Origin: a virus
Lineage: Duplodnaviria > Caudoviricetes
Virus record (IMG/VR): IMGVR_UViG_3300042358_000005
Location: 54,935 to 118,934 of that record
DNA length: 64,000 nucleotides
Direction: 5' to 3' (one strand)
Shown: one piece after another, positions 27,782 through 36,761 of the stretch
Layout of the letters: each line of letters begins with the position of its first letter
Position numbering within the stretch: the first letter of the stretch is position 1
Translations under genes and position numbers: made by a program
Notes under the pieces: generated by a model
Seen by the model: the letters and a program-made list of their open reading frames with translations, nothing else
Told to the model about the DNA's origin: nothing
The model's database searches: none

Positions 27782-29014
27782 ATGCCAACATTTATAAAAC
27801 CAGGATTCTGGAAAGAAACATGCAATCCTTGTAATGGTTACAAAGGATGGTTAAACCTTGATCAATTCTCTGGTCAATCAGGAACAAATGGAACAAGTGG
27901 TACTAGCGGTGTATCAGGTGAACAGGGTGTTCAAGGAATTCAAGGGATACAGGGAATACAGGGAATACAAGGAGTTACAGGTTCTAGTGGTACTAATGGT
28001 ACATCAGGACTAACTGGAGACAGATATCAAACTACATCTACAACAACTTTTGAATTAGGAGTGAGTACAACTCTTACTGTTGAAACAGGATTATCTTATT
28101 CAGTAGCACAAGATGTAATTATATCATTTAATGTTAATAATCATCAAGTGTGTTCTGTAGTTAGTTATGATCCTATAGTAGGGACATTGGTTATTGGACC
28201 TCCTATATCAGTAACTGGATCAGGTACATATAGTGTATGGGGAGTAAATCTAAATGGTGCAGCTGGAGGAGATGGTACAAACGGAACCTCTGGTACAAGT
28301 GGTCTTTCAGGATCTAATGGAACCAGTGGAACTAGTGGTATACAAGGAATACAAGGTGTACAAGGAATTCAAGGAATTCAAGGAGTTAATGGTACCAATG
28401 GTACTTCTGGCACTAGTGGATTAACTGGAACTAACGGAACATCTGGTATCAATGGTAGCAATGGTACAAGTGGATCTTCAGGAGTGAGTAATGCTACAGC
28501 ATCTTACGGTTTATTTGCTCAAACAGCTGATAGCACACCTGTAACTGCCACTGCAGTAGAAACAACAGTAATAGGATCAGGAGTTGGTACATTATCTGTT
28601 CCTGCAAATGCATTCTCTATTGGAGATTCTTTTCTTTGTTCTTTAGATGGTTTAATTTCTTGTACAAGTGCATCAACTGTACGCATTCGAGTAAAAACAG
28701 TAGGAGGAACACTTCTTGCAGATACTGGAATAATTGATTTGGCTGCTGCAACTAATAAAGCTTGGATAATGAACTTATATTTTACAGTAAGAACATTAGG
28801 AATAGCTACTGTTGCATCAATTTCATCTGGAGGATTGTTCTCTTATATTAGAAATGGGGGAACTCAATTTGAAGGATATAATTTAAGTACAGTTAATAGC
28901 ACTACATTTGATACCACTATTAACAATACATTAGTAATCACAGCACAGTGGGATACAGCTGATGTAGACAATTCAATATTGTCACGAAACTTCACACTAA
29001 CAAAAGTCTATTAA
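27782..29014 (+). CDS. Collagen-like fibre/decoration protein (GIQ and GTS triplets)
   Basis: Gly-X-Y tracts plus the GDRY...NLxGAxGGDG domain shared with the 2299-aa fibre. Confidence 0.75.
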   Translation: MPTFIKPGFWKETCNPCNGYKGWLNLDQFSGQSGTNGTSGTSGVSGEQGVQGIQGIQGIQGIQGVTGSSGTNGTSGLTGDRYQTTSTTTFELGVSTTLTVETGLSYSVAQDVIISFNVNNHQVCSVVSYDPIVGTLVIGPPISVTGSGTYSVWGVNLNGAAGGDGTNGTSGTSGLSGSNGTSGTSGIQGIQGVQGIQGIQGVNGTNGTSGTSGLTGTNGTSGINGSNGTSGSSGVSNATASYGLFAQTADSTPVTATAVETTVIGSGVGTLSVPANAFSIGDSFLCSLDGLISCTSASTVRIRVKTVGGTLLADTGIIDLAAATNKAWIMNLYFTVRTLGIATVASISSGGLFSYIRNGGTQFEGYNLSTVNSTTFDTTINNTLVITAQWDTADVDNSILSRNFTLTKVY

Positions 29015-29076
29015 ATTTGGATTTGTAACTTATTTAATCTACATTTGTTACATAAATCAATTAAATAATTTACATT

Positions 29077-29313
29077 ATGGCACAGTATGATCCTGCAAAA
29101 AGGTACACCTGGACTCCTGAAGACACATTTGAAATCTCAGGACAAGACTTCGGTCTAATTCTTAACACTGTTAGATCTTATCTATCATCAGAAGAAGCAG
29201 CACGTTTTCAATTGATGATGAAAGCTAACGAGGTTATTGAAAAATTAATGATAGCTGGCGTTGAAGCTGATATCATTAAAGAAGTTGAAGCAGAAGCTCC
29301 AGTAGCAGAATAA
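29077..29313 (+). CDS. Hypothetical acidic protein
   Basis: 78-aa ORF preceded by TACATTTG at 29040. Confidence 0.65.
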   Translation: MAQYDPAKRYTWTPEDTFEISGQDFGLILNTVRSYLSSEEAARFQLMMKANEVIEKLMIAGVEADIIKEVEAEAPVAE

Positions 29314-29368
29314 CAACATACCTGTTGGGAGACGAATAACAGGTGATTTCAAACAAAAGCTCTTCTCT

Positions 29369-29572
29369 ATGAGAATATATGAACCAAAGAATAGAATAGA
29401 TGTTACAACACCCAAGGGAGATGGGATAATTCTTTTTGTGACTGATTATGGTCATGAGACAGACACCATCTATACAATTATTATAAATGAAACAGGAGAA
29501 ATGTGGCAATACACCCATTCTCAATTAATAGTTAAACCCAATATAACATTTAAACGCTATGGCAACAATTAA
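29369..29572 (+). CDS. Hypothetical protein
   Basis: 67-aa ORF in the operon. Confidence 0.55.
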   Translation: MRIYEPKNRIDVTTPKGDGIILFVTDYGHETDTIYTIIINETGEMWQYTHSQLIVKPNITFKRYGNN

Positions 29573-29981
29573 AAAAGCACAAGGTGGTGTAACAGCTACA
29601 AAAGATAGTACAGCTTATTTTAGTAATAAAGCTGATAAGTTATCAGCTTCTATGAAAAAGAAAAATTTAAAGGGAGATTTTAGAGGAGGATCATCAGATT
29701 TAAAAGGTGCTCTTCAAGCTTTAAAAGATGAATATAGACAAGGTAATAAAGGAAAATCTGGTTATGATAAAAATGGCTATCGTTTGAAAAATGGTGGATC
29801 TTTATCTGGACTTAAAGCCTCCAACAAAAGAGTTGGTCCTGTAGATCCTAATGGAGCATTCACAAAGGTTCAAGAAAGAACATTAGCTGGTGCTAAAGGT
29901 AAAGCTAAGCTTGTAAAAGATAAACAACTTGGTGCTACAAAGATGACAGCTAAAGCTGGAAAGAAAATCTCTAAGAAATAA
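29559..29981 (+). CDS. Lys/Gly-rich basic protein (putative DNA-condensing core protein)
   Basis: MATIKKAQGG, KNGG and AKAGKK motifs; very basic. Confidence 0.65.
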   Translation: MATIKKAQGGVTATKDSTAYFSNKADKLSASMKKKNLKGDFRGGSSDLKGALQALKDEYRQGNKGKSGYDKNGYRLKNGGSLSGLKASNKRVGPVDPNGAFTKVQERTLAGAKGKAKLVKDKQLGATKMTAKAGKKISKK

Positions 29982-30145
29982 TGGCTACCACTGATAAAAA
30001 GTGGATGCAAAAAGTTTCAGCTTCTATCAAAAAACGTGGTACTGCTGGTAAATGTACACCAATCACTAAACCTGGTTGTACAGGAAAAGCTAAAGCTCTT
30101 GCTAAAACTTTTAAAAAGATTGCTAAATCTAATAAGAAGAAATAA
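29981..30145 (+). CDS. 54-aa basic protein; absent from ORF track
   Basis: MATTDKKWMQKVSASIKKRGTAGKCTPITKPGCTGKAKALAKTFKKIAKSNKKK; TAATG-coupled on both sides. Confidence 0.75.
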   Translation: MATTDKKWMQKVSASIKKRGTAGKCTPITKPGCTGKAKALAKTFKKIAKSNKKK

Positions 30146-30420
30146 TGTCTAAGCTAAATCCACAGAACGCTACAGCTTATGTAGGCCCTGGTGTTTTACG
30201 CAAAGGAGGAAAAATCACTCCTGTTCCAAATGGTCCTCTTATTAAGAAGAAAGGTCCATTTAAAGGAAGCACATTAAAATCTGGTGGTATGTTAAAACGT
30301 AAAGATGGATCTACATCTAGACGTGGTTTATGGGATAATATAAGAGCTAATAAAGGATCTGGAAAGAAACCTACAGCAGCTATGTTAAAACAAGAAAAGA
30401 AAATTAAAGCTAAGAAATAA
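30145..30420 (+). CDS. Lys-rich basic protein
   Basis: RKGG and KSGG motifs, GLWDNIRA. Confidence 0.65.
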   Translation: MSKLNPQNATAYVGPGVLRKGGKITPVPNGPLIKKKGPFKGSTLKSGGMLKRKDGSTSRRGLWDNIRANKGSGKKPTAAMLKQEKKIKAKK

Positions 30421-30698
30421 TGGCAACAGCAGCATGGACTAGAAAAGAAGGAAAGAATCCTTCTGGTGGTTTAAACAAAAAGGGAGTGGCTTCTTATAGA
30501 GCTGCTAATCCTGGTAGTAAACTAAAGACAGCTGTAACTACTAAACCTTCTAAACTTAAACCTGGAAGTAAAGCTGCAGGAAGACGTAAGTCATTTTGTA
30601 GTAGAATGTCAGGTATGAAAAAGAAGCTTACCAGTGCTAAGACAGCAAAAGACCCTCAATCAAGAATCAATAAGTCACTTCGTAAGTGGAATTGCTAA
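30420..30698 (+). CDS. Basic phage protein (DUF6321-like)
   Basis: WTRKEGKNPSGGLN.KG...RRKSFCSRM.G...SLRKWNC. Confidence 0.7.
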   Translation: MATAAWTRKEGKNPSGGLNKKGVASYRAANPGSKLKTAVTTKPSKLKPGSKAAGRRKSFCSRMSGMKKKLTSAKTAKDPQSRINKSLRKWNC

Positions 30699-30716
30699 CA
30701 ATCAAAATAATATATA

Positions 30717-31178
30717 ATGGCAACAATAAAAAAAGCTCAAGCAGGAATCACTGCTAAAAAACCTGTAGTTAAAGTGGTGGAAAAGAAAACCACTGTAACA
30801 GCAAAAAAACCTAAGACTGTTTCTGAGAGAATTGGAGATTTGACATTAAGAGATGTTAAAAATTCTGCTGAAGATGCTCTTAATCTTTCCACTCTTGGTG
30901 GATATGGAGTTGCAAAGAAAAAAGTTAAAGAATTAACTGGTATGAAATCTGGTGGTAAAATGAAAAAAGCTAAGTCTGGTGGTTCATTCCCTGATCTTAA
31001 TAAAGATGGAAAGATTACAAAAGCTGATGTTCTTAAAGGACGTGGTGTTATAGCTAAGAAAGGTGTTAAAATGAAAAAAGCTCAGACTGGTGATAAATTA
31101 TATCCTACATCTGGTATAGGTAAAAATGTACCAGCTAAGAGTGGTAAGTTAATGAAAAAGTGTAAAGGTGGCTGCTAG
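30717..31178 (+). CDS. Lys-rich basic protein with EF-hand/dockerin-like loop
   Basis: MATIKKAQAG start shared with the 29559 ORF, repeated AKxGG, and PDLNKDGKITKAD. Confidence 0.65.
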   Translation: MATIKKAQAGITAKKPVVKVVEKKTTVTAKKPKTVSERIGDLTLRDVKNSAEDALNLSTLGGYGVAKKKVKELTGMKSGGKMKKAKSGGSFPDLNKDGKITKADVLKGRGVIAKKGVKMKKAQTGDKLYPTSGIGKNVPAKSGKLMKKCKGGC

Positions 31179-31185
31179 TAAATCT

Positions 31186-31335
31186 ATGACAGCTGGTAAA
31201 GCTAAGAAGAGTGGTAAGCCTAGAATGGCTCCTAAGGTAGCTCCTCCTAACCCAATCAATGGGAATTACATGAAGGAAGCTGGAGATCAAGGTACAAAGA
31301 GACCTTTACTTAAGAAGAAGAAAATATCAAAATAA
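31186..31335 (+). CDS. 49-aa basic protein; absent from ORF track
   Basis: MTAGKAKKSGKPRMAPKVAPPNPINGNYMKEAGDQGTKRPLLKKKKISK, ending at the terminator. Confidence 0.65.
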   Translation: MTAGKAKKSGKPRMAPKVAPPNPINGNYMKEAGDQGTKRPLLKKKKISK

Positions 31336-31363
31336 AGAAAGCCCCTTAATTGGGGCTTTTTTT
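31336..31363. terminator. Bidirectional terminator at the convergence of the two genome arms
   Basis: AAAGCCCC-TTAATT-GGGGCTTT with flanking A and T runs; the coding strand switches here. Confidence 0.9.
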
Positions 31364-32012
31364 ATCTAACTGTGTATTGATTTGAGTAAACATTACCTTC
31401 TAATAACTTGTATCTTGTACCAAACTTATGTAATAGATATGGAAGACTGAGTTGATCTTGAACAGACCATATGCAATTGTGATAGAACCACTCTTTCATT
31501 AAATTGTATTGTCTGTTAGCTATAACATTCTTAGAATATATGAATGTTCCACATTCAAAAAGAACATTATCTATCCAGTGTACATTTTTAGAATAGTGCT
31601 CTACTTGCTCTTTCATTCTTTCTCCATCATACCTATCAATAAGATATTGATTATCTGTAGCAATTAAACTAATGACATGGTCTAGCTCTTGTTTAACAGA
31701 ACTTCTTCCTGAATGTTTAAAGAAACATGCATCTGTGTCAATACATACATCTACCATTCTCTCTATAGCTGATTCATCTGATATTGAAAAACCAGCATCC
31801 ATCCATATGTAATAGTCATAACTTGGATGATCTTCCCAAACTATCATTTTAGGTATTTTACCACGTAATCTGGGAAACATAGCTTTTTGTCTTGGAGATT
31901 CTATTTGATCATCTATTCTATTAAATACTATTTCATACTTATCAGATTTTTGATCTACCCATCTAGAATATAATCCACTTCCAAATGAAGCTGTTGTTAC
32001 TAATACTCTCAT
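31362..32012 (-). CDS. Glycosyltransferase, DUF616/TOD1-MUCI70-like
   Basis: YIWMDA...FKHSGR...SVQDQLSLPYLL. Confidence 0.7.
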   Translation of the reverse strand: MRVLVTTASFGSGLYSRWVDQKSDKYEIVFNRIDDQIESPRQKAMFPRLRGKIPKMIVWEDHPSYDYYIWMDAGFSISDESAIERMVDVCIDTDACFFKHSGRSSVKQELDHVISLIATDNQYLIDRYDGERMKEQVEHYSKNVHWIDNVLFECGTFIYSKNVIANRQYNLMKEWFYHNCIWSVQDQLSLPYLLHKFGTRYKLLEGNVYSNQYTVR

Positions 32013-32761
32013 TGTTTATTTATAAAATCTTTTAACATTTGCGCATAGTCTTTGTTCCAATGAGGATTCAAATGAACATCTCCTGTAGGGATAAGATTTT
32101 TTTGTCTTAAGCTTTCTATATATTCACTATGTCTTTGTATTATGTTAGGCTTATCTGCAGTGTCTGTACCTTGTCCAGATTGATGATAACCACGTCCACC
32201 CCACATATAGAACCAAGAACATTCTTCATTAGGAGGAGCAGCTAAAACCATTCCTTGTCTTCCTAGATTCTGTAGAGATATAGCTAATGTCATATCTCCT
32301 CCAGCATTCTGTATTGGACTTTTACCTATTTTTTCCCAAGCTTTCTTGCTATATACAATACCTGAATTACCAAGGCCCATTATTTTGGTTATATTAGGTT
32401 CATTATAGAACACACCTCTTTCCCAATGTAATATATTAGCATCAGGTCTCCAAAACTTAGCTATGTTAGAGAGGTGATTGCTTAGTGCTACATCATCATC
32501 ATCCCATACAGCAATAAGATCTCCAGAACAATGCTCTATAGCATAGTTTTCTTTATCCCCAATTGTAGGGAATGTTTCATCCATATTATAAATTTTTATT
32601 TCTGGATGATCATATACTAACTTTTGTAGAGGGTAGTCATTAACTATAATAAGTTCTTTCTTACCTGGATACTCTTGTAGGAGGAAACTTTGTATAGCTT
32701 CCTCCAGAGTATCTACTCTTCCATAAGTGATGCATTTGCAACTAATGAAAGGATATTCCAT
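32009..32761 (-). CDS. GT2-family glycosyltransferase
   Basis: ISCKCITYGR...SFLLQEY...ELIIVND...WDDDD; start reassigned to MEYPF. Confidence 0.85.
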   Translation of the reverse strand: MEYPFISCKCITYGRVDTLEEAIQSFLLQEYPGKKELIIVNDYPLQKLVYDHPEIKIYNMDETFPTIGDKENYAIEHCSGDLIAVWDDDDVALSNHLSNIAKFWRPDANILHWERGVFYNEPNITKIMGLGNSGIVYSKKAWEKIGKSPIQNAGGDMTLAISLQNLGRQGMVLAAPPNEECSWFYMWGGRGYHQSGQGTDTADKPNIIQRHSEYIESLRQKNLIPTGDVHLNPHWNKDYAQMLKDFINKQ

Positions 32762-32762
32762 A

Positions 32763-33044
32763 TTACCAGATTTGAATAATGTCAAATGGAGAAACTAACA
32801 ATACAGTTTCTTCTTCTGATAGAGGGATTAATGGAGCTTTTGATAAAGCTGCTGGATCTACAAGAACAAAATCACCCACCTTCACTTCCATGTTAGCTGT
32901 ACCAACACTATGAACTTTAAGTTTGTTCATCTTCTTCAACATTTCTTTCTCTAAAGATTCTTTTGTATTCTCATCTACGATAAGTTTGCTTTCTTCTTTC
33001 TTTGGTATCTCTAAGTAGATACGGTTTCCTAATAATCTTGCCAT
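32763..33044 (-). CDS. groES: GroES-like co-chaperonin
   Basis: LLGNRIYL...VHSVG...VKVGDFVLV...DII pattern; 93 aa. Confidence 0.65.
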   Translation of the reverse strand: MARLLGNRIYLEIPKKEESKLIVDENTKESLEKEMLKKMNKLKVHSVGTANMEVKVGDFVLVDPAALSKAPLIPLSEEETVLLVSPFDIIQIW

Positions 33045-33046
33045 GG

Positions 33047-33322
33047 CTATTTGTATTCTGTTAAGTTAAAAAATCTTGCTGCGTCCTCTACATTCAATAG
33101 AATTTCTGATTGAACTGTTTCTCTAACACTCTTATATCCCTTCATCTTGTTAGTCCTGATGTCGATATCTGGTTGTTGTGTTACTCTCTCATTGAAATCA
33201 TCTAAGATTACAATTAGACTCTCATCTTCATTAGTTAAGGTTCTAATAACCTTATTAAGATTTAAAGAAGCTTTGAACTCCTTCTCAGCTATTACAGCTG
33301 TGTAAATAAATTGATTGTTCAT
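33047..33322 (-). CDS. Hypothetical protein
   Basis: 91-aa ORF in the operon. Confidence 0.65.
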   Translation of the reverse strand: MNNQFIYTAVIAEKEFKASLNLNKVIRTLTNEDESLIVILDDFNERVTQQPDIDIRTNKMKGYKSVRETVQSEILLNVEDAARFFNLTEYK

Positions 33323-33339
33323 ATTGGTTGTTTTAATTA

Positions 33340-33600
33340 TTAAATTTCTTTTGAGAACTTTAGATCAGTAAGAATATCTTCATACATCTTCAATGGCATA
33401 TTACCAGATTGTCTATGTACTTCTTTACCATCTTTTAGAAACACCATAGTAGGAACACTTCTGATTCCATACTTTCTAGCTGTTTCTTGATCTTTCTCTA
33501 TATCAATGTTGGTTATTCCTTCAACATCTTTTAGTGTGTTTGCTAACACTCTACAAGGCCCACACCATGAGGCACTAAATTTTAATACTTCTACATTCAT
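33340..33600 (-). CDS. trxA: Thioredoxin
   Basis: WCGPC active site and cis-Pro motif SVPT. Confidence 0.95.
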   Translation of the reverse strand: MNVEVLKFSASWCGPCRVLANTLKDVEGITNIDIEKDQETARKYGIRSVPTMVFLKDGKEVHRQSGNMPLKMYEDILTDLKFSKEI

Positions 33601-33705
33601 TTTTTAAATTTAAAATATTTACTATGTTCTTTTTTTCTGGATTTGTATTTTATTACATTTCCTTTACTATCTTTTGTAAATTGATCTATCACTTTATTGA
33701 GACCA

Positions 33706-34101
33706 TCAAAGTATAGAATACTTATTTTTGAGACTATCACGTCTTTTATTAACTTCATCATATCTATACATATCATTTTCTACGTTAGAATGTTCTTCAA
33801 GTGTCAAAAGTATAATATTTTCTTCATCTAAACAAGCTTCAGGATATTTTTCTTTAGCTAGTATATGATGAAAGTATGTACTCATAGGTTCAGATCCTAG
33901 ATAGTCACCACTCACTTCTGAATGGTGACTTCTCTTTTTCCATATGTCAAGAAACATCTCTCTTTGTATGATATATCCATCACTAACCACCTTTTTGGTA
34001 GTTAATGATGGTTTTATACCACTTTGTTGTAGTTGTTTTCTTGGTTTATGTTGGAAACAATATTCCTTATCAGAATTCTTTCCACATGTCTTACACTTCA
34101 T
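33706..34101 (-). CDS. HNH-like nuclease with N-terminal CxxC...CxxH motif
   Basis: SEVSG...FHHIL.K..YPE...ENIILLT.EEH. Confidence 0.55.
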   Translation of the reverse strand: MKCKTCGKNSDKEYCFQHKPRKQLQQSGIKPSLTTKKVVSDGYIIQREMFLDIWKKRSHHSEVSGDYLGSEPMSTYFHHILAKEKYPEACLDEENIILLTLEEHSNVENDMYRYDEVNKRRDSLKNKYSIL

Positions 34102-34421
34102 TACTTATCTGTAAAGTTTTTATTTAAATCATGTGATGATGATCTATCTCCTGGTGGATCATTAAGAATAAAATTGAAAGGATTAACACCTCCTACATAA
34201 GATGATTCAGATGTAGGTGTCCAATTTAACTTAGAAGGTGTACAATCACAACTTCCTCTCCATGGAGCATTTATCTTCTTACATCTAGTACATTCCCAAG
34301 CTAAAGAGACTGGACTTATACATGTACACATCTTTGGTGCAGCTGTACTATTCCAACTGAAAGGATGTGATTTATATCCTTGGCACTTGGTGCATAACTG
34401 AGGGTAGTCAAAACTAAGCAT
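34101..34421 (-). CDS. Cys-rich hypothetical protein
   Basis: CTKC...CTC and WECTRC...CDC. Confidence 0.55.
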   Translation of the reverse strand: MLSFDYPQLCTKCQGYKSHPFSWNSTAAPKMCTCISPVSLAWECTRCKKINAPWRGSCDCTPSKLNWTPTSESSYVGGVNPFNFILNDPPGDRSSSHDLNKNFTDK

Positions 34422-34722
34422 TGTCTTTCACAAATTGACCATCTACCATCTTACCTGTACGCTTAGATATTACATTGTATGCACTATTCAAACATTCTGT
34501 CAAGCTTAATCCTTGCATCTCTGCTTGTATAATGATTGTAACTAGTATATCACCCAGAGCATCAATTATCTCTTCTCTATCATCATTTTCGATAGCTGTG
34601 ATTAATTCATCTGTTTCTTCCCAAGTCTTCATTGCTTGTGCTCTTGGTGTTCCATTCTCTAGGATACCTTTCTGTGTTGCCCATGCTATAACAAGAGCTT
34701 CTAATTCATTGTAACTTTTCAT
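34414..34722 (-). CDS. MazG-like nucleotide pyrophosphohydrolase
   Basis: WA...EETDEL...DALGDILV...AYNVISKRTGK. Confidence 0.85.
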   Translation of the reverse strand: MKSYNELEALVIAWATQKGILENGTPRAQAMKTWEETDELITAIENDDREEIIDALGDILVTIIIQAEMQGLSLTECLNSAYNVISKRTGKMVDGQFVKDNA

Positions 34723-35033
34723 AATCTGTCTTTTAAACTTGCTTCACATAAAATCAAGTAGTTAATTAAATCTCCTATTTTTTCGTTAATATGTTCTTCT
34801 TTAGGAAAACTTCCTTTCTCTACATCATTAAGCATGTCCATGAAGGATACATAATGTTTAAGAGCAAATCCCCATAAAGCTTTTTCTCTAGTAGTATTAC
34901 CTAATCTAGCTGCTACATTGAAGTTGTGAAGAGGGTCATTCCCTCTTCTATACTCCTTACCTTTTTCAATTAATGTTTGTTGTATCTTCTGCACACGCTG
35001 TTGCACTAAGATGTCAAAATCTTGTTCTGTCAT
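34719..35033 (-). CDS. Nucleotide-modification-associated all-alpha protein (DUF1599/DUF6378-like)
   Basis: KGKEY...DPLHNF...IGDLINYLIL. Confidence 0.6.
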   Translation of the reverse strand: MTEQDFDILVQQRVQKIQQTLIEKGKEYRRGNDPLHNFNVAARLGNTTREKALWGFALKHYVSFMDMLNDVEKGSFPKEEHINEKIGDLINYLILCEASLKDRL

Positions 35034-35042
35034 TATATATAT

Positions 35043-36128
35043 TTAAAGTTGTGATTTATCAAATAAGTTAACTTGTTCTGGTTCAGAAACTACATCCTCT
35101 TCCACTTCTATTTCTTCTATAGGAAGATCAGACTCATTGATCTTAGCAATAATCTTTTCTCTTAGCTCATCATAGAACTCTGGATTATCAACCACCAACT
35201 GTTTGAATTCTTCTAAATCATACTTAGTTCCATCTACAGTCATAGTTTTACCATACTTACGTCCTAGTTCAAACTCATTAAGAAGAGCCATCATCTCATC
35301 AAGTTTATCAATACCTTTACCATACACTATCTCAAATTCCGATTTGCGATATGGAGGAGACATTTTATTCTTAATAGCTTTCAACTTAGTAATATTACCA
35401 TAAGTTACATCACCATCTTTAGCTAAGCTTCTAGACACTTCTATTCTTACATCACTATAGAATTTCAAAGCATGACCACCTTGAGTTGTTGTTGGATTAC
35501 CAAACATAACACCAATCTTCTCTCTATACTGACTAATAACAATTACACATACATTATGTTGCGATAGAGCCCCTTTAAGCTTTGGATAAGCATTACTATT
35601 CAATAAAGCCTTTCTACCGATTGTAGAGTCTCCTACATCACCATCAAGCATCTTTTTAGGAATAAGAGATGAATCTGAATCTATGATAACAAGATCAATC
35701 TCTCCAGTGTTAATCATTTCCATTGCAATGTTGAATCCTTCTTCACCACATGATGGTTGAGAGATTAACATTTTAGTTGTATCTACACCTAATTTCTTGA
35801 AATAGCTCTTATCAACAGCATGCTCACCATCTATATATAGAACAGTTCCACCTGCTTTCTGGCATTCAGCTGCAGCATGTCCACATATTGTAGATTTACC
35901 TGTACCCTCCCAGCCCATAAGTTCATAGAGTTTCCCCTTTACAAATCCTCCTACACCAAGAGTGATGTGATCAAAACCAATACTTCCTGTACTGATTACA
36001 TCATAATCTCCTCCTGCTTTAGAATCTAATGCTAAAATTGAACCAACACCATACTTTTTATTTAGGTTGTCGATTGCTGTTAGAAACTTGCTATCAGTTT
36101 CTTTTGTCACTGCTTTTTTTACTGCCAT
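35043..36128 (-). CDS. recA: RecA/UvsX recombinase
   Basis: ISTGS, GWEGTGKST, IDGEHA, SQYREKIGVMFGNP, GGHALKFYSDVR. Confidence 0.95.
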   Translation of the reverse strand: MAVKKAVTKETDSKFLTAIDNLNKKYGVGSILALDSKAGGDYDVISTGSIGFDHITLGVGGFVKGKLYELMGWEGTGKSTICGHAAAECQKAGGTVLYIDGEHAVDKSYFKKLGVDTTKMLISQPSCGEEGFNIAMEMINTGEIDLVIIDSDSSLIPKKMLDGDVGDSTIGRKALLNSNAYPKLKGALSQHNVCVIVISQYREKIGVMFGNPTTTQGGHALKFYSDVRIEVSRSLAKDGDVTYGNITKLKAIKNKMSPPYRKSEFEIVYGKGIDKLDEMMALLNEFELGRKYGKTMTVDGTKYDLEEFKQLVVDNPEFYDELREKIIAKINESDLPIEEIEVEEDVVSEPEQVNLFDKSQL

Positions 36129-36348
36129 TTTTATTGATTTTTAATTGTTTAAAGATAGTTAATTTTTTTGTAAATGTCAAGTTTTTTCCATCATTTACTG
36201 GACAAAATGTTGTCTAATTATGTCATATATAGCACATTATAGCTAATATGTTATACAGTGTGTAAGAAATCCTTACATACCATAATAGGTATTCTTGGTG
36301 AAAAATAGGTATTTCTAATCTGTTTTGGTGAAAAATGAGTTGAGGATA

Positions 36349-36379
36349 AAAAAGCCCCAGATTTCTCTAGGGCCTTCTC
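36349..36379 (-). terminator. Putative terminator
   Basis: Minus strand GGCCCTAG...CTGGGGC followed by TTTTT. Confidence 0.55.
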
Positions 36380-36464
36380 AACAATTAAAAAACAGAACAG
36401 AACTTTTTATTCACTTGTTCTAAGTGATGTATTTCCTTTTTCATTTTTATCATAAGGACAATGT

Positions 36465-36761
36465 CTACATTGACTTCCGCAACATGGGCCTCTTTTTTCC
36501 AGATATTCTTTTGTGAAATGGACTCTCCCATCTTCTAAGTAATAATCCCTGTCTATTGTAAATTTTCTTTTTTCTTCGTCCATCTTCTTTATTCATTTTA
36601 GAGGGAACATCTATTTCTCCCTCGTTAAATAATTTTATTACACTTGGTAGCTCTATATGAAATAGCTCTGATATGAACTCAGCTGATAGTTCTGGATACT
36701 TCTCTTTATATTCGTATATTAAGAGTTTAGTCTTTAGTGTCAACTTTCTTATATAAGGCAT
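36465..36761 (-). CDS. Hypothetical, possibly HTH-type protein
   Basis: YPELSAEFISELFHI..PSV segment; 98 aa. Confidence 0.45.
   Translation of the reverse strand: MPYIRKLTLKTKLLIYEYKEKYPELSAEFISELFHIELPSVIKLFNEGEIDVPSKMNKEDGRRKKKIYNRQGLLLRRWESPFHKRISGKKRPMLRKSM

Noticed and set aside
36130-36460. tRNA or structured ncRNA in the long intergenic gap
   Set aside because: No cloverleaf or T-loop (GTTCGA) signature; only a terminator-like hairpin and short direct repeats are visible.
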